Below are positions 11,669 to 22,334 of a stretch of 58,636 nucleotides of DNA, in pieces. Position 1 is the first letter of the stretch. Every line of letters begins with the position of its first letter. The notes under the pieces are model-generated. The model was given only the letters and a program-made list of their open reading frames with translations, was not told the DNA's origin and made no database searches. The stretch is from Candidatus Poribacteria bacterium (GTDB lineage: Bacteria; Poribacteria; WGA-4E; UBA9662): positions 1-58,636 of the forward strand of contig JAYGDX010000148.1 of assembly GCA_046582655.1 (NCBI GenBank), given 5' to 3'. Both the position numbers and the translations under genes were made by a program.

Positions 11669-12121
11669 TTATTGGATGTATTGATCAAGTTCTATATAAC
11701 TCTGCTTGCCTCCGACAAAAACGCGGGCCATGCCGTCAGAGAAGTCTGAAGCCCAGTCAAACTGAGGTTTGATTATTACCTCACCCTTTTTATCGATAAA
11801 GCCGTATTTGTCATCAACCTTAACACGTGCTAATCTTTGTGAAAAATCGTAGGCATCATCAAATTCAGGGGCAATGACAACCTTTCCCTTGCCGTCTACA
11901 TATCCCCACTTATCCCTCATTTTTATAGCGGCCAATTCTTCAGAGAATGGTAAAGCATCATCAAATTTAGGAGGAATGACAATCTCTTTCTTGCTATTTA
12001 TGTATCCCCACTTCCCGTTTTGCTCAATAGGTGTCAAATCGGTCTGGTTACATCCACAGACTAAGGAACACATCCCAATGACGACAATCCAAAGAATCTT
12101 AACCTGATGATCCAGTAGCAT
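11669..12121 (-). CDS. WG-repeat (WG_beta_rep) lipoprotein
   Basis: Repeats GKWGYIN..IVIPPKFDDALPFSE, KWGYVD..FDDAYDFS, KYGFID..FDWASDFSDG; lipobox-like VCGC. Start re-called to ATG 12121. Confidence 0.85.
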   Translation of the reverse strand: MLLDHQVKILWIVVIGMCSLVCGCNQTDLTPIEQNGKWGYINSKKEIVIPPKFDDALPFSEELAAIKMRDKWGYVDGKGKVVIAPEFDDAYDFSQRLARVKVDDKYGFIDKKGEVIIKPQFDWASDFSDGMARVFVGGKQSYIELDQYIQ

Positions 12122-12149
12122 TGTTTTTGCTATCTTGTTTCCCCTCTCA

Positions 12150-14276
12150 CTAATTTTCAACAGCAATGGTTTTCCAATCCACTGATGTCCGGCCTGCCAT
12201 GTCGACTGTCGCGGTCCGCAGACGATAGGTTCCGGACCACTCGAGGCCAAAGTCAATTTCTATTTTATACCTTGAATCGTCTTGATTGATAATCCGCGAT
12301 TTCAAATCTTCCCAATGCAGAAACCGGTAGTCCTCTTCGTTAGGACCATAGAGTTCCCAGCAGACCATGACGTTGTTGTAGATTCCCTGAGCGTCAGTGC
12401 CAGTAGTGTAGTAAATTGCGGAAGATCCCTCCACTATAGTGGCGCATGCCGTGATTTCCAGTGGTGATCCCCCTTCATGGCTTGAGAGTTCAACAGCGAG
12501 TTGGGGAGGCGTTCCTGACGGTCGAACTGGTGTTCTTGCTTTATCATATACATTTTTTTTACCCTCTTCAAGAACCTCTACTTTACCGTCTTCTCTGATG
12601 CGGATCGCTTCCCGATAACCCCGCAGGTTTAGTCCGTCCAAGTTCCAGAGGAGATCATAAGCAACGCCGAGCCGGATACACCGTTCTATTTCGGTGAAAA
12701 AGTTGTTCATCACCACACGATACTTGATGTTTTCTTGATTTAGCCGTTCCAAATTGAGTTCATCAAGTCCCCACAGGTTGCCTTTTCCCATGTAGACGTG
12801 TCCGAGATTATAACCGGGTGGTAGAAGGATGACAACTTCCGCTGCTTGTTTAAGTTTGTCCAAATTTCTATGGGGATGACTTTCTGCGTGCGCACGCAGA
12901 TTTCTTGATAGAGCTAGATACTCGCTGTAAGGAACACAAGCCAACTGGTAGGTATCCCAATAGAGGAAAAATTTCGCACCTAAATCGTAAGCGTGGGTTT
13001 GCAGCCAGAAGGTATCTGCTCGATCAACTGCACCATAAACGCTCATCCCCCAATCTTTATTCGCCAATCTAGCGGCACCACGGAGGAAACCGTATATAAT
13101 GCTGGCTAAATTCTTCGGATTATCAACTGGGATCTGGCAACCGTAAGCCACATTCATCTCGGGTAGTGTTCGAAGTGTACCAAAGCGTCCGGGCGGCTCA
13201 AAGACCATGGCTGAAGGAACTTCACCTTCACCTTCTGTGAGCTGGTGAATGGCTGAGCTTACCATTGTTTCCCAGCTGTACATATTCCGTTGAAGGAAAT
13301 CCATTTCACCAAGGTCCACGTCTGAGCGTGCTGACAGTTCATTCATCAACCTGACTGGGGCTCCCTGGTATTTTGCCTGTCGGAAATAGTCTTGAAAATT
13401 TTCGAGTGCGATTTGCGGTGTAATAGATTTCCGAAATAATTGATCGGTCTCCAGCCTAGGACGAATGACGCTGTCTCTAGTACAAACTGCTGGTTCATCC
13501 ATGAAAATGGTCGGCCCCAGATAATTGCTTCGGTACAAATACTCCGGATACTCAATTTCTTGACCACCTATTCCCCAATAGAACACATTGCATTGATCAA
13601 CCCACTTGACTTGTTTTGCGTCAACTCGTAAGCAGTTGATACCAGCATCAATCATTTCAAGGTAGTCATTTTTCGTGAGTTGAACCAATTCATAATCAGA
13701 TTGATCATAGCGGCGCACCTCATCCTTCTGTTTACTGTTATGGGCAGGGCCGATTAGAATGTCGGGGGTGAGGTGAAGAACCTTTGTTTCCATCGGCATA
13801 ACTGGGTTTTCCAGATAATCCAAACTGTCAAGAAGGTAAAGATGTCCTAGGTATTTCAGTTGCTGCTGAAAAATTTCGTCCGAAGTTGCGTCTTTGATTG
13901 GTTGAGGTATAAGGTATGGCCAACAACCGAGGCTAGGCAGCACCGCTTTATCCGTCAATTTATGGCGGAATTCTAGTGGTTGGCTATCTCCCTCTTGCAG
14001 GATATATCGAGAGACGTCATGACTGATTTTGGCCAACTGAAATGCTGGATATGATTCAACAAGTAGCCAGACACAAAATCCCTCCCCATTTGTTTTTTTT
14101 GCCTGCAAATGTAACCACTGGTATTTTGTTTTATTGGCTTCTTCAACTGCCCCCAAAGTAAGAATCAAAGTTCTGACAACAGATTTAGGAACGTCCTTTT
14201 CTTGAATATAATGGTACTTTGCTGTTGTGCCCGGTGTACCAAGGAGGGCATTATCATTATCTTTGCGTTTTTTCAT
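12150..14276 (-). CDS. Hypothetical 708 aa protein
   Basis: Long uninterrupted ORF in operon context; no family recognised with confidence. Confidence 0.75.
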   Translation of the reverse strand: MKKRKDNDNALLGTPGTTAKYHYIQEKDVPKSVVRTLILTLGAVEEANKTKYQWLHLQAKKTNGEGFCVWLLVESYPAFQLAKISHDVSRYILQEGDSQPLEFRHKLTDKAVLPSLGCWPYLIPQPIKDATSDEIFQQQLKYLGHLYLLDSLDYLENPVMPMETKVLHLTPDILIGPAHNSKQKDEVRRYDQSDYELVQLTKNDYLEMIDAGINCLRVDAKQVKWVDQCNVFYWGIGGQEIEYPEYLYRSNYLGPTIFMDEPAVCTRDSVIRPRLETDQLFRKSITPQIALENFQDYFRQAKYQGAPVRLMNELSARSDVDLGEMDFLQRNMYSWETMVSSAIHQLTEGEGEVPSAMVFEPPGRFGTLRTLPEMNVAYGCQIPVDNPKNLASIIYGFLRGAARLANKDWGMSVYGAVDRADTFWLQTHAYDLGAKFFLYWDTYQLACVPYSEYLALSRNLRAHAESHPHRNLDKLKQAAEVVILLPPGYNLGHVYMGKGNLWGLDELNLERLNQENIKYRVVMNNFFTEIERCIRLGVAYDLLWNLDGLNLRGYREAIRIREDGKVEVLEEGKKNVYDKARTPVRPSGTPPQLAVELSSHEGGSPLEITACATIVEGSSAIYYTTGTDAQGIYNNVMVCWELYGPNEEDYRFLHWEDLKSRIINQDDSRYKIEIDFGLEWSGTYRLRTATVDMAGRTSVDWKTIAVEN

Positions 14277-14316
14277 TTGTCTCTTAGAGAAATCTGGTAA
14301 TAGAATATTGTGCCCT

Positions 14317-15117
14317 CTATGAAGCTAGCGTTGCAAACCAATCACGCACCCGAACCTTATCCGAATCGCCACCAAATCCCAAACTAAACCAGCCAGAATA
14401 ACCTTCGGTATTCAGCCGTAAGAACAGCGTTTCAAAGTCGATATTCCCCTCGCCAGGGACGAGATGGACTTCATATTCCCCCGTATTGTCATTGAGTCTC
14501 ACCTGACCAATATTGTTTGTCCCAAACGCATCCAAGAATCCCTGCCATCCTTCAGATACCAGATGACCATGTGCGACATTGAATGCCCACTTAAAATGTG
14601 GAGACTCAATCGCGCCCAAGAACCAATGTGTCTCTTCAACATTGCGAGGAATATAGTGAATTTCGGCCAGATCTGGTTCTTTGTTATGATTCTCAAAGAA
14701 AACGACAACGTTGACCCTTTCCGCCTCCTCCACCAGCCGCCTCATCCGGTCAACAGCAGTTTCTCGGCGTCGCTGAACATCACCGAAGTGATAGCCTCCA
14801 TGTCCGACCAGCCACCCGCAACCTAGGCGAGCGGCTAAGTCAAGATTGGCAAAAAGGTATTGATCTACCGCTTCCGTCATGATAGGCACATACTCAGCAT
14901 TATTAATCGCCGACGATGGATGGATGCCAATTGCGATGCCATGCGCTTCACACAGGTAGCGTACCATTCGGACACGGTCAACGTCGAAGGAATCAATATC
15001 GTTAGGAGGTAGATCTGCTTGAAAGTCGATATAACCAAATCCGTTTTGAGCAGCCCAGCGAATCGAGTCCTCAATGGGTTTGCTTTTTGGGGCGTCGAAG
15101 CCGAAGCGATCCTTCAT
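14317..15117 (-). CDS. Sugar phosphate isomerase/epimerase family protein
   Basis: FFENHN, FNVAHGH, RLNDNTG..EVHLVPGEGNIDF. Confidence 0.85.
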   Translation of the reverse strand: MKDRFGFDAPKSKPIEDSIRWAAQNGFGYIDFQADLPPNDIDSFDVDRVRMVRYLCEAHGIAIGIHPSSAINNAEYVPIMTEAVDQYLFANLDLAARLGCGWLVGHGGYHFGDVQRRRETAVDRMRRLVEEAERVNVVVFFENHNKEPDLAEIHYIPRNVEETHWFLGAIESPHFKWAFNVAHGHLVSEGWQGFLDAFGTNNIGQVRLNDNTGEYEVHLVPGEGNIDFETLFLRLNTEGYSGWFSLGFGGDSDKVRVRDWFATLAS

Positions 15118-15167
15118 AGTCTTCTCCTCCTAACATCGGTACACTTCTCGACAATTTTTAAAGATTG

Positions 15168-16256
15168 TCAATTATCAATTCGATAGTGTTCAATTGCGTC
15201 TTCGTCAAGTTCTATTCCCATTCCCGGTTCTTGCGGAATTTGGAGACAACCGTCTTTTACCGTGTATAGCGTCTCAGATTTAACCAGCTGATTCAAAGGG
15301 GACCAAGCCTCTTCAGGTAAAGCTGGTGGTGTGGTGTAAACCAATTCCTGTATGCGGCAGGTACGGATCGTTGCGGCAACTTGAAGAGAGTAAACCAGAT
15401 CCATCCCGTGCGACCCGTGAAAAACACACTCCACACCAAACATTTCCGCCATACCAGCTATCTTTTTTAGTGTACTGATGACATTGGCACAATGGGGTTG
15501 GACAATATCAAAGGCTTCTCCCTGCATATACCCCCGGTATACCTCTACCGGCTGATGCTCACCACCGGTGATGGCAATTTCCGTTTCAGCCCGAAGCCGT
15601 GCGTGAAGTTGCACGTCACCGCGAGTAAAGGGTTCTTCCAACCACGTGGCATCCACTTCTTCCAGCGCTCTGGCGGCTCGAAGCGCGGTGGCATAATCCC
15701 AAGTGGTACCTGAGTATTGTGCTGTCCGGTCAACCATGACCTCTACCTTATCTGGTCCGCCAACCAGTTCTCGAATCAACCTGATGGCTTCGACATCTTC
15801 CATCAAGTCCGGACGAAAAATGCGAATCTTGACCGCTTTGTAGCCCTGTTCTACGTACCGTAACACATCCTCAGCCTGTTGCCGCGGAGTTACATCGGTT
15901 TGGTCTGCCGCGCCGGGCCAGACGCAGGTCAGATACAGAGGGATTTCTTCACGGTATGCTCCTAGTAATTTGTGTAGTGGTAAGCCCACAGCTTTACCCA
16001 CGATGTCCCAAAGAGCATTTTCCGCACCATACCACTGATCAAGGCCCGCTTCCAGATGCCGTTCAATCTGAAACGGATCTTTACCCACTAAAAGCTGACT
16101 GACAGCGTCGGTATCCACCAGATGGAATCCATAGCCCGTGAGGCCTTGATCAGTACGGATCCTGGTGATGTCCGCAGAATTATAATATTTCCGTAGAAAT
16201 TCCTCACTAGAGAGTGGAACTTCTACGCGAAAACTCTCAACAGCAGTTATTTTCAC
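15168..16256 (-). CDS. Mandelate racemase/muconate lactonizing enzyme (enolase superfamily) dehydratase
   Basis: ALWDIVGK..GLPLHKLLG, GYKAVKIR, VMVD, WLEEP, GGEH, PGMGIELD. Confidence 0.9.
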   Translation of the reverse strand: MKITAVESFRVEVPLSSEEFLRKYYNSADITRIRTDQGLTGYGFHLVDTDAVSQLLVGKDPFQIERHLEAGLDQWYGAENALWDIVGKAVGLPLHKLLGAYREEIPLYLTCVWPGAADQTDVTPRQQAEDVLRYVEQGYKAVKIRIFRPDLMEDVEAIRLIRELVGGPDKVEVMVDRTAQYSGTTWDYATALRAARALEEVDATWLEEPFTRGDVQLHARLRAETEIAITGGEHQPVEVYRGYMQGEAFDIVQPHCANVISTLKKIAGMAEMFGVECVFHGSHGMDLVYSLQVAATIRTCRIQELVYTTPPALPEEAWSPLNQLVKSETLYTVKDGCLQIPQEPGMGIELDEDAIEHYRIDN

Positions 16257-16415
16257 AGTTTACCTCTCCTGTAGCGGATTCCTGCAGGGAGTGCTCATTT
16301 GTTCCAACGACTCCATAATTCATATGTCATATGACCCGGACCCAGATGGCAATATAACCTGTTGAATAATTTGTTTTGATCATGATGCAAAACGGAATGG
16401 TCACGGCACACTTAA

Positions 16416-17495
16416 TTATTCCTGTTTGATATGACGTTCAAACGCACTGATTTCTTCCTCTCCTTCTAGAACCCCTATCTCCAAATGGAAATCACGAATT
16501 TCGCCAGGCTGGATGTAATGTAGATAGCCATGCTTGCGGTTCCAGGCACGACCTAGCATACTGACATTGCCAGGCTCAATCCCAGTAACATACGTGCCTT
16601 TGTGAAAATGTTGCCATTGCGTAACTATGGGCATCTCTTGGATAGGAAATTCCCAATAGATTCCGAGCTTTAGCTCATCATTAACCAACGCCACCTGTAC
16701 ATTGCCCTCTTCATCTGCAATCGGACGATGTATGTATACATCATCGTGCGCCGTTTCCTGTGGAGATTGAACCACCTGATATTCTTCCGGCCCAACCTCC
16801 CGGTCTTCCAGCCATTCCGTAGTCTGTTGGCTGTTGATCACCAAACGGGTACCCCGATCGAGGAGAGGAAAGCCCGGATTAGTATGATAGACAAACATCA
16901 GCGGCGAAGGATCCACGCTAAGGTTCTCGATTTGATCGTGAATTCGCAGGCATTTTTCGCCTAGCACAGTAGAAATCTCCCGGGTGAGTTCCAAATTTGT
17001 GCCGAAGACCACTGCTTCACGCATCCTACCGCGTACACGTACAACGTAATCCTCTCCCTCCCAGTTACATTCGGTTGCGACACTCTTAGCAGGAATAAAA
17101 GAGAGACGGCCATGAAGTCCAAGCTCCTCATTTTCCTCTTCGTGATCCACTTCAGGATGGCCGGTAAAGATCATACCGCAACTAGTCACCAAACCACCAA
17201 AGAACCCACGCATCCAGCCATAGCCCTGAGGTTCGTAGAAGGCTGGCCCCACATCCCCGGTGTTGCTGCGAAAGCAAAGAGACATACCTTGGTAATGTGC
17301 CGAAGCAATATCCAGTGAGCGGCCTGGCAGAATGGAGAAACAAAGCCCAGAAGCATTGAAAACCTCAATTAAGTCGGCTCCCCGTTCATTTCCTTCCACC
17401 AATTCTGCTCGGCGGACACCAGCCAGTTGGGTCATATCACCAACTAATTCCAGCAGTTGTTTTTTGCCGTACTTGCGTCCAAAAAGTCGTGGCAC
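16416..17495 (-). CDS. Aldose 1-epimerase family protein (DUF4432-like)
   Basis: RSLDIASA, GGLVTSCG, LGLHGR, YHTNPGFP, TGIEPG. Confidence 0.85.
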   Translation of the reverse strand: MPRLFGRKYGKKQLLELVGDMTQLAGVRRAELVEGNERGADLIEVFNASGLCFSILPGRSLDIASAHYQGMSLCFRSNTGDVGPAFYEPQGYGWMRGFFGGLVTSCGMIFTGHPEVDHEEENEELGLHGRLSFIPAKSVATECNWEGEDYVVRVRGRMREAVVFGTNLELTREISTVLGEKCLRIHDQIENLSVDPSPLMFVYHTNPGFPLLDRGTRLVINSQQTTEWLEDREVGPEEYQVVQSPQETAHDDVYIHRPIADEEGNVQVALVNDELKLGIYWEFPIQEMPIVTQWQHFHKGTYVTGIEPGNVSMLGRAWNRKHGYLHYIQPGEIRDFHLEIGVLEGEEEISAFERHIKQE

Positions 17496-17719
17496 TGTTA
17501 CCCCCTAAAAAGTAGTCAGCCAAAATCATTTGCACAGAAACTGAGTTAAACCAATTTATTCATCATAACATACCTTGTTTACTCCATACTATATTACTTT
17601 TGACGAAATCATCGAGAAATATAAATAGTACTTTTACTCCAGATAAAACATCGTCAGCAAGCCAGAACACCTGATATACTGGTAATACTTAGATGCCAAT
17701 ATAAGGAAATAAAAACCCA

Positions 17720-19700
17720 TTAGATCCAAAATTGGTAAACTCTTGGCCAATTGAATAAGATTCCGATGATCGTCCAAACGCTGGACATAGCGAACTCACC
17801 GAAGACAAGTCCCAGAAAGAGCGGTGCTGTTCGGCGGTACGCCTTTAGCCCTCCGTGATGAAGTATTGTCCACTTAAGAACCCAACTGGTGAGCATACAG
17901 GACCACAGGAAACTCATGTCGTAACTTCCGGCCACGGCGTATCCAAACGGGTGAAGCGGCCACCAGAGGAAAGCAGATCTAAGAATTGCCATCATGGTAG
18001 CCAGTGCAAATCCAAGTCCAATTACGAAGAGATGATAGACGTCGATTTCCGTGGGGCTACGCAACCATTCCTGTAAATACAACCACGGTTCTCGCGCCCA
18101 GTATTCAGACGGGTACGGCATATTATCCAGACCTAATCGGTAGCTGGTATCCAGCAATAACCAAAAAGTAACGATGATTCCTGCCGCAGATCCAACCACG
18201 ATTGACCAGACCATGTTTCGATGGGATAACCCAATGCTATCGGCAATTCTGAACCCTTCTAGTTGGTGAGGCATAATATGGTTGTCGAAGCGGCGCTGAT
18301 AAACCAGAAGAGTGGCATAACGGCTTTAGTAGTGGCAGTTAGGTTGGTAGTCCCCACGCCAGAGGTGATCATCTGCACCGGTCCACAAAAGTGCGCATCG
18401 TGATCAGGAAACCCGATTTCAGCACGCAACCGCGTAATAGCCATGGAAAGGGCGAAGAAAAAGAGAAAAAAGGTAACGGATACAGCAATCGACATTCCAG
18501 CCCACCAGCCGAAGAGAATGAGAAAACTCAGGCCCAGTACGATCCCAATCCAAGCCATGCGATAAAGTGTTTCCTCGCTGTTTGGCTGTCCAACGACTAG
18601 CCGGGTAAAAATTTGCCAGAAGTAGTGCCTTCCTCGCCAGATGGCTAAGACTAAAATTGCCATGTAAGCACCAACAGATTCTTGCACGATATAGGCGTGT
18701 CGACCGTAGGCTGGGTAGGTTTGCCATCCCAGCATAGATCCCAGTATTCGTAATCCTTAGCCAGTAGAAGTAGAAAAAACAACATGAGAAGAGCAGATCA
18801 AGCGGCATGAAAAAACTGAGCCCGATGATAGAAGGAATAAAGGCAATCCGCATGGCGCGTAGTGAATTCCAAGGCTTATTGGTAAAGATATGACCGATGT
18901 ACTGACGCTTAAAAAAGGTGAGTTCGGGCATTTGCGGAAACAACATATGCAACCCATTGACGAGGTTGATGGTTACCGCCATGGCGAAACCGATCCACAT
19001 CAGACGATTGTAGAAATGAGGTCGAACCAAGTTGAGAGGAATCTCAGCAATTGGATAGGCTAACTTTTCCCGCTTGACCCACTGTTGACAAACGATGATG
19101 TCAACGCACAACATGACTACGACCAAAACGAAGGTGAAAAGTGACCACCAGCAGAGCGGAATCAGCCAGGCCTCCAAATTCCACCGTGAGTAAAGGCTGG
19201 CATCTCCTTGGTAGTAGTCAGTCAAGGCTTTTGGTTACGTCACTGTTAGCCAGAACGGCAGGTCATGATGGAAAAGCGTGCGCCACTCATTTTCCGGTGT
19301 TGCCCCCCAAAAGGCGCAGGTCACAACCGGCAATAGGATTGGTAACATACCGTAAGAACAAAGTGCGGTTACCATATTGACCATGATGTAGATGGTCAAG
19401 AGCTCTTTGGTATCAAGGAAAAATAATGAAGGCGTCCCATCGGATTTCCTCTTGAACCGATCTCGTACTTGGTTGAACGAAAATAACACCCACAGCGTGA
19501 AAATCGAATTGAAGAAGAGGGAAAATACGGTCGCGCCAGCCGCACGACGCACCTCTTCCATCTGAATAATCCAGTAGCAGTTCACCGGAATCAGCAGGAG
19601 CCCGATAATCCAGGCTCTAAACAGAGGGCGGTCGCTCTGTTTACCATCAACTATGCGGGAACGGATCTAATCTCATCAGTTCAATCTGTTTGCCGTAATC
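17720..19700 (-). pseudogene. Fragmented DUF6785/DUF6784-type polytopic membrane protein (OPT-like transporter)
   Basis: Four consecutive hydrophobic ORF pieces in shifting frames (19235-19585, ~18760-19225, 18259-18735, 17720-18274) carrying QWVKREKLAYPI, ITRLRAEIG, MPHQLEGF, WWPLHPFGY, FLGLVFGEF. 5' end approximate. Confidence 0.75.
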
Positions 19701-19970
19701 GTTCCTCCCATGCTATTTGATGGTACCACCGACGTTTTCCTACTCTATCAGCTCTTCCAACGTAACCTTTTAGCGAGTCTCACAATTTCATGATCTACTT
19801 CTACCCTGGTCTTACCCTTACCTTACCATGTCAAGACAAGTATGATTAACATTTTATTTTTTTAATGGCAAAAAAATGTTATAATATGTAACCTGTCAAA
19901 GATAATCTTGTACTTACTGTTTAATAAGTCTAACAACTAGATAACAAATTAATATAGGGAGAAGTACCAT

Positions 19971-20762
19971 ATGTACAAACCATCTTTTATAAACCTTATT
20001 ACCTTTTTGCTAATGGTCATTACTTTATCAGTAGCATATAACGAAATTAATGCTGCTGATAAAAAATTGGAAATGGTTTGGAACTTTGACGAAGGAAAAG
20101 GGGATGTTGCCAAAGAGACAAATAAAACTGGAAATGATGGGAAATTTACTGGTGAGGGTAAAGACAAAATTAAGTAGGTAGAAGGCATAGCTGGGAAAGC
20201 ACTTGAATTCAGCGGCAAAAAAGCAGGAGGCGGACAGTAGGTTGAAGTCCCGCACTCAGATGATATGGATATTCGTGATGCAATCACAATGGAGGCATGG
20301 GTTTATCCAACGACAATTAACGGAGACAAGCGGACAATTATTACCAAAGCTGCCTATTATCTGCAAATTGAACCCACCTCACAAGTTGCCACCTATTTTT
20401 ATGAGGTTGTTCCACCTGGCTATCACCTGTCTGATGGAAGAGTGAATGAAAATGAATGGTCACATGTGGCTGTCACCTATGATGGTAAAGAGATCAAATT
20501 TTATATTAATGGGAAAGAGGATTCGGAGGTTATTAAAGCAAAAGGGCAAATTAGATCTCAGGCTAGTTGGGGAGTACACCTTGGTGGACAGCACGATGGA
20601 TGTTGTCCGAGGTACTTTCAGGGCACTATTGATGAGATTAAGATTTCCAATTATGCCAAGACTAAAGATGAAATCCTAAAATCGATAAAAGATGCCGCCT
20701 CTGTCTCACCCCAGACCAAACTTCCTCTGGTATGGGGAACCATAAAACAGATTAAATATTAA
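19971..20762 (+). pseudogene. Secreted LamG-like jellyroll protein interrupted by two in-frame TAG codons
   Basis: Signal peptide, WNFDEGKG..K*VEGIAGKALEF..Q*VEVP..ITMEAWV..WSHVAVTYDG..FQGTIDEIKI. Stops at 20175-20177 and 20238-20240, both in the gene's frame. Confidence 0.85.
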
Positions 20763-20811
20763 CAAGTCTATAACATCAGTCTATCAGGATAGAATTTGCA
20801 CCACGTCTAGC

Positions 20812-20970
20812 CTAAGGCGTGAACTTTAACTGCCTCCATTTAGCCGCTAATTTTTCATGCCATTTCACCGATTTTGCAATGCCGAACACCCCTTCTAGAT
20901 CGAAGTTCTCCGGTGGCTTGATCAGGCTGAACCATACGCGGTTGATCACGGATCCCGACATGCAGCGGCT
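20812..20970 (-). pseudogene. 3' remnant of a secreted protein ending in a KLAxxWxxLK-type motif
   Basis: ORF ends ...AKSVKWHEKLAAKWRQLKFTP, resembling the SVSPQTKLPLVWGTIK tail of the convergent LamG gene. Confidence 0.35.
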
Positions 20971-21103
20971 GTAGGAGCGGCTTATGAACCAGGTATCGCC
21001 TGATGAATCCATCAATCCTTATGATCCCAGTAGCAGATGGGACAGTACAAAGGACAACCGCCTATACCTGATGGAGTTGGCGGCGGCCAAAACAGGTGAT
21101 GGT

Positions 21104-22054
21104 CTAGATTTGCGTTCCCTTGCTAATGCCAGCTAACTCAAGCTGCGCCCCAATATATTGTACTTCATTTGGCTGCAACCGTACCAGTGGGGGGCGGACA
21201 TGCGCCGCCGGTAACCGACCTAGCAAAACCAGTGCCTCTTTCATCCGATTGTGCATATCCAGTAAGGGATTGCAATAGAAAGCCTGTGTCAGATGGTACA
21301 ATCGATTACTGACCTGTTGGGCTGCCCCCAAATTTTCAGCTTGAATCGCTCGCCAAATGGCAACCTGTAGATCTGCAATCACGCTTCCAGCCCCAGACAG
21401 CAACCCATCACAACCCAAGACCAGCGAACTTAACAACCAAGCACTATGTGTTGTTAGGACGGCAACCGATCGATCCAACGCATGAAGTTCTCTGATATGT
21501 AGCTCATGCAAAACAGGATCGTTGCACCAGTCCTTAATCGCTCGAATTGTCGGAAAGCGTTGACACAGATCAAGCAAGGTTGAAAGAGGATAACCCAGTC
21601 CACTGGACAATGGATACTGAAATAGGATCAACGGCAAATCTGTATAATTGGCAATGCTCTCAAAATGCACTATTGCCATTTCTGGTCGCTGCTGTCCACC
21701 GCGAGACATGCTTTCTGGCGGAAAAACCAGCAGAGCCGAAGCCCCACCTCGTGCAGCCGTGATTGCCAGTTGCGTAGCGATTATACTACTCGGAGTAGAG
21801 ATGCCGACAATCAGCGGAATCTGGTCACCGACTTCGTCTTGAGCCAGTTCCAAACTCCGTTCTTGCTCACTTAAGGTTAGAGCATGAACCTCCGCTGCAT
21901 GACCATTAATGGTGATGGCAGAAATACCATCAACTAAAGCTAATTCTCGCAGATGGCTTCGGTAGGCGGCCTCGTCAATTTCTAGATTCGCTCCAAAGGG
22001 CATTAGGCTGGCTGGAATCACTCCTTTAAGTTGGTAATGCTTCGTGCCTTTCAT
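21104..22054 (-). CDS. Dihydrodipicolinate synthase family (class I aldolase) protein
   Basis: LKGVIPA..PF, NGHAAE, LPLILFQYP, Schiff-base AIKD, GLLSG, VRPPL. Confidence 0.88.
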   Translation of the reverse strand: MKGTKHYQLKGVIPASLMPFGANLEIDEAAYRSHLRELALVDGISAITINGHAAEVHALTLSEQERSLELAQDEVGDQIPLIVGISTPSSIIATQLAITAARGGASALLVFPPESMSRGGQQRPEMAIVHFESIANYTDLPLILFQYPLSSGLGYPLSTLLDLCQRFPTIRAIKDWCNDPVLHELHIRELHALDRSVAVLTTHSAWLLSSLVLGCDGLLSGAGSVIADLQVAIWRAIQAENLGAAQQVSNRLYHLTQAFYCNPLLDMHNRMKEALVLLGRLPAAHVRPPLVRLQPNEVQYIGAQLELAGISKGTQI

Positions 22055-22113
22055 GGTTGGATAAGCTGGTTTCCTTTCACTGACCGCCAGTTGTCCTGAG
22101 AATTCAGATGAAC

Positions 22114-22304
22114 CATTCTACCACAATTGCTGCATCGGGACAAAGGGAGGGCTGACAATAATTGGGGTTAGTGAATCGCGCGGGCACACAGTGACAAGAG
22201 ACGAGTTGGCTGGTGACCACCCTGTCTATCTCAGGCTATGCCATTCTTGACGGTGGGATGTACTTCCATGTTTGACAATAGCTAGATGATACCCTCACAA
22301 GGAG
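22114..22304. repeat. Degenerate intergenic repeat, copy 1, containing a minus-strand sigma-70 promoter
   Basis: Shares CATTyTAyCACrATTGC, CTATCTCAGG and GGTGGGATGTACTTCCATGTTTGACAATA blocks with 24085-24279; minus strand TTGTCC-N17-TAGAAT. Confidence 0.85.
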
Positions 22305-22334
22305 AAACCGTCGTAGGAATTTCAGGTGGTGTTC

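Noticed and set aside
19800..19835. Short TTACC repeats near a minus-strand TTGACA
   Set aside because: Too short and irregular, and no matching -10 box at normal spacing.
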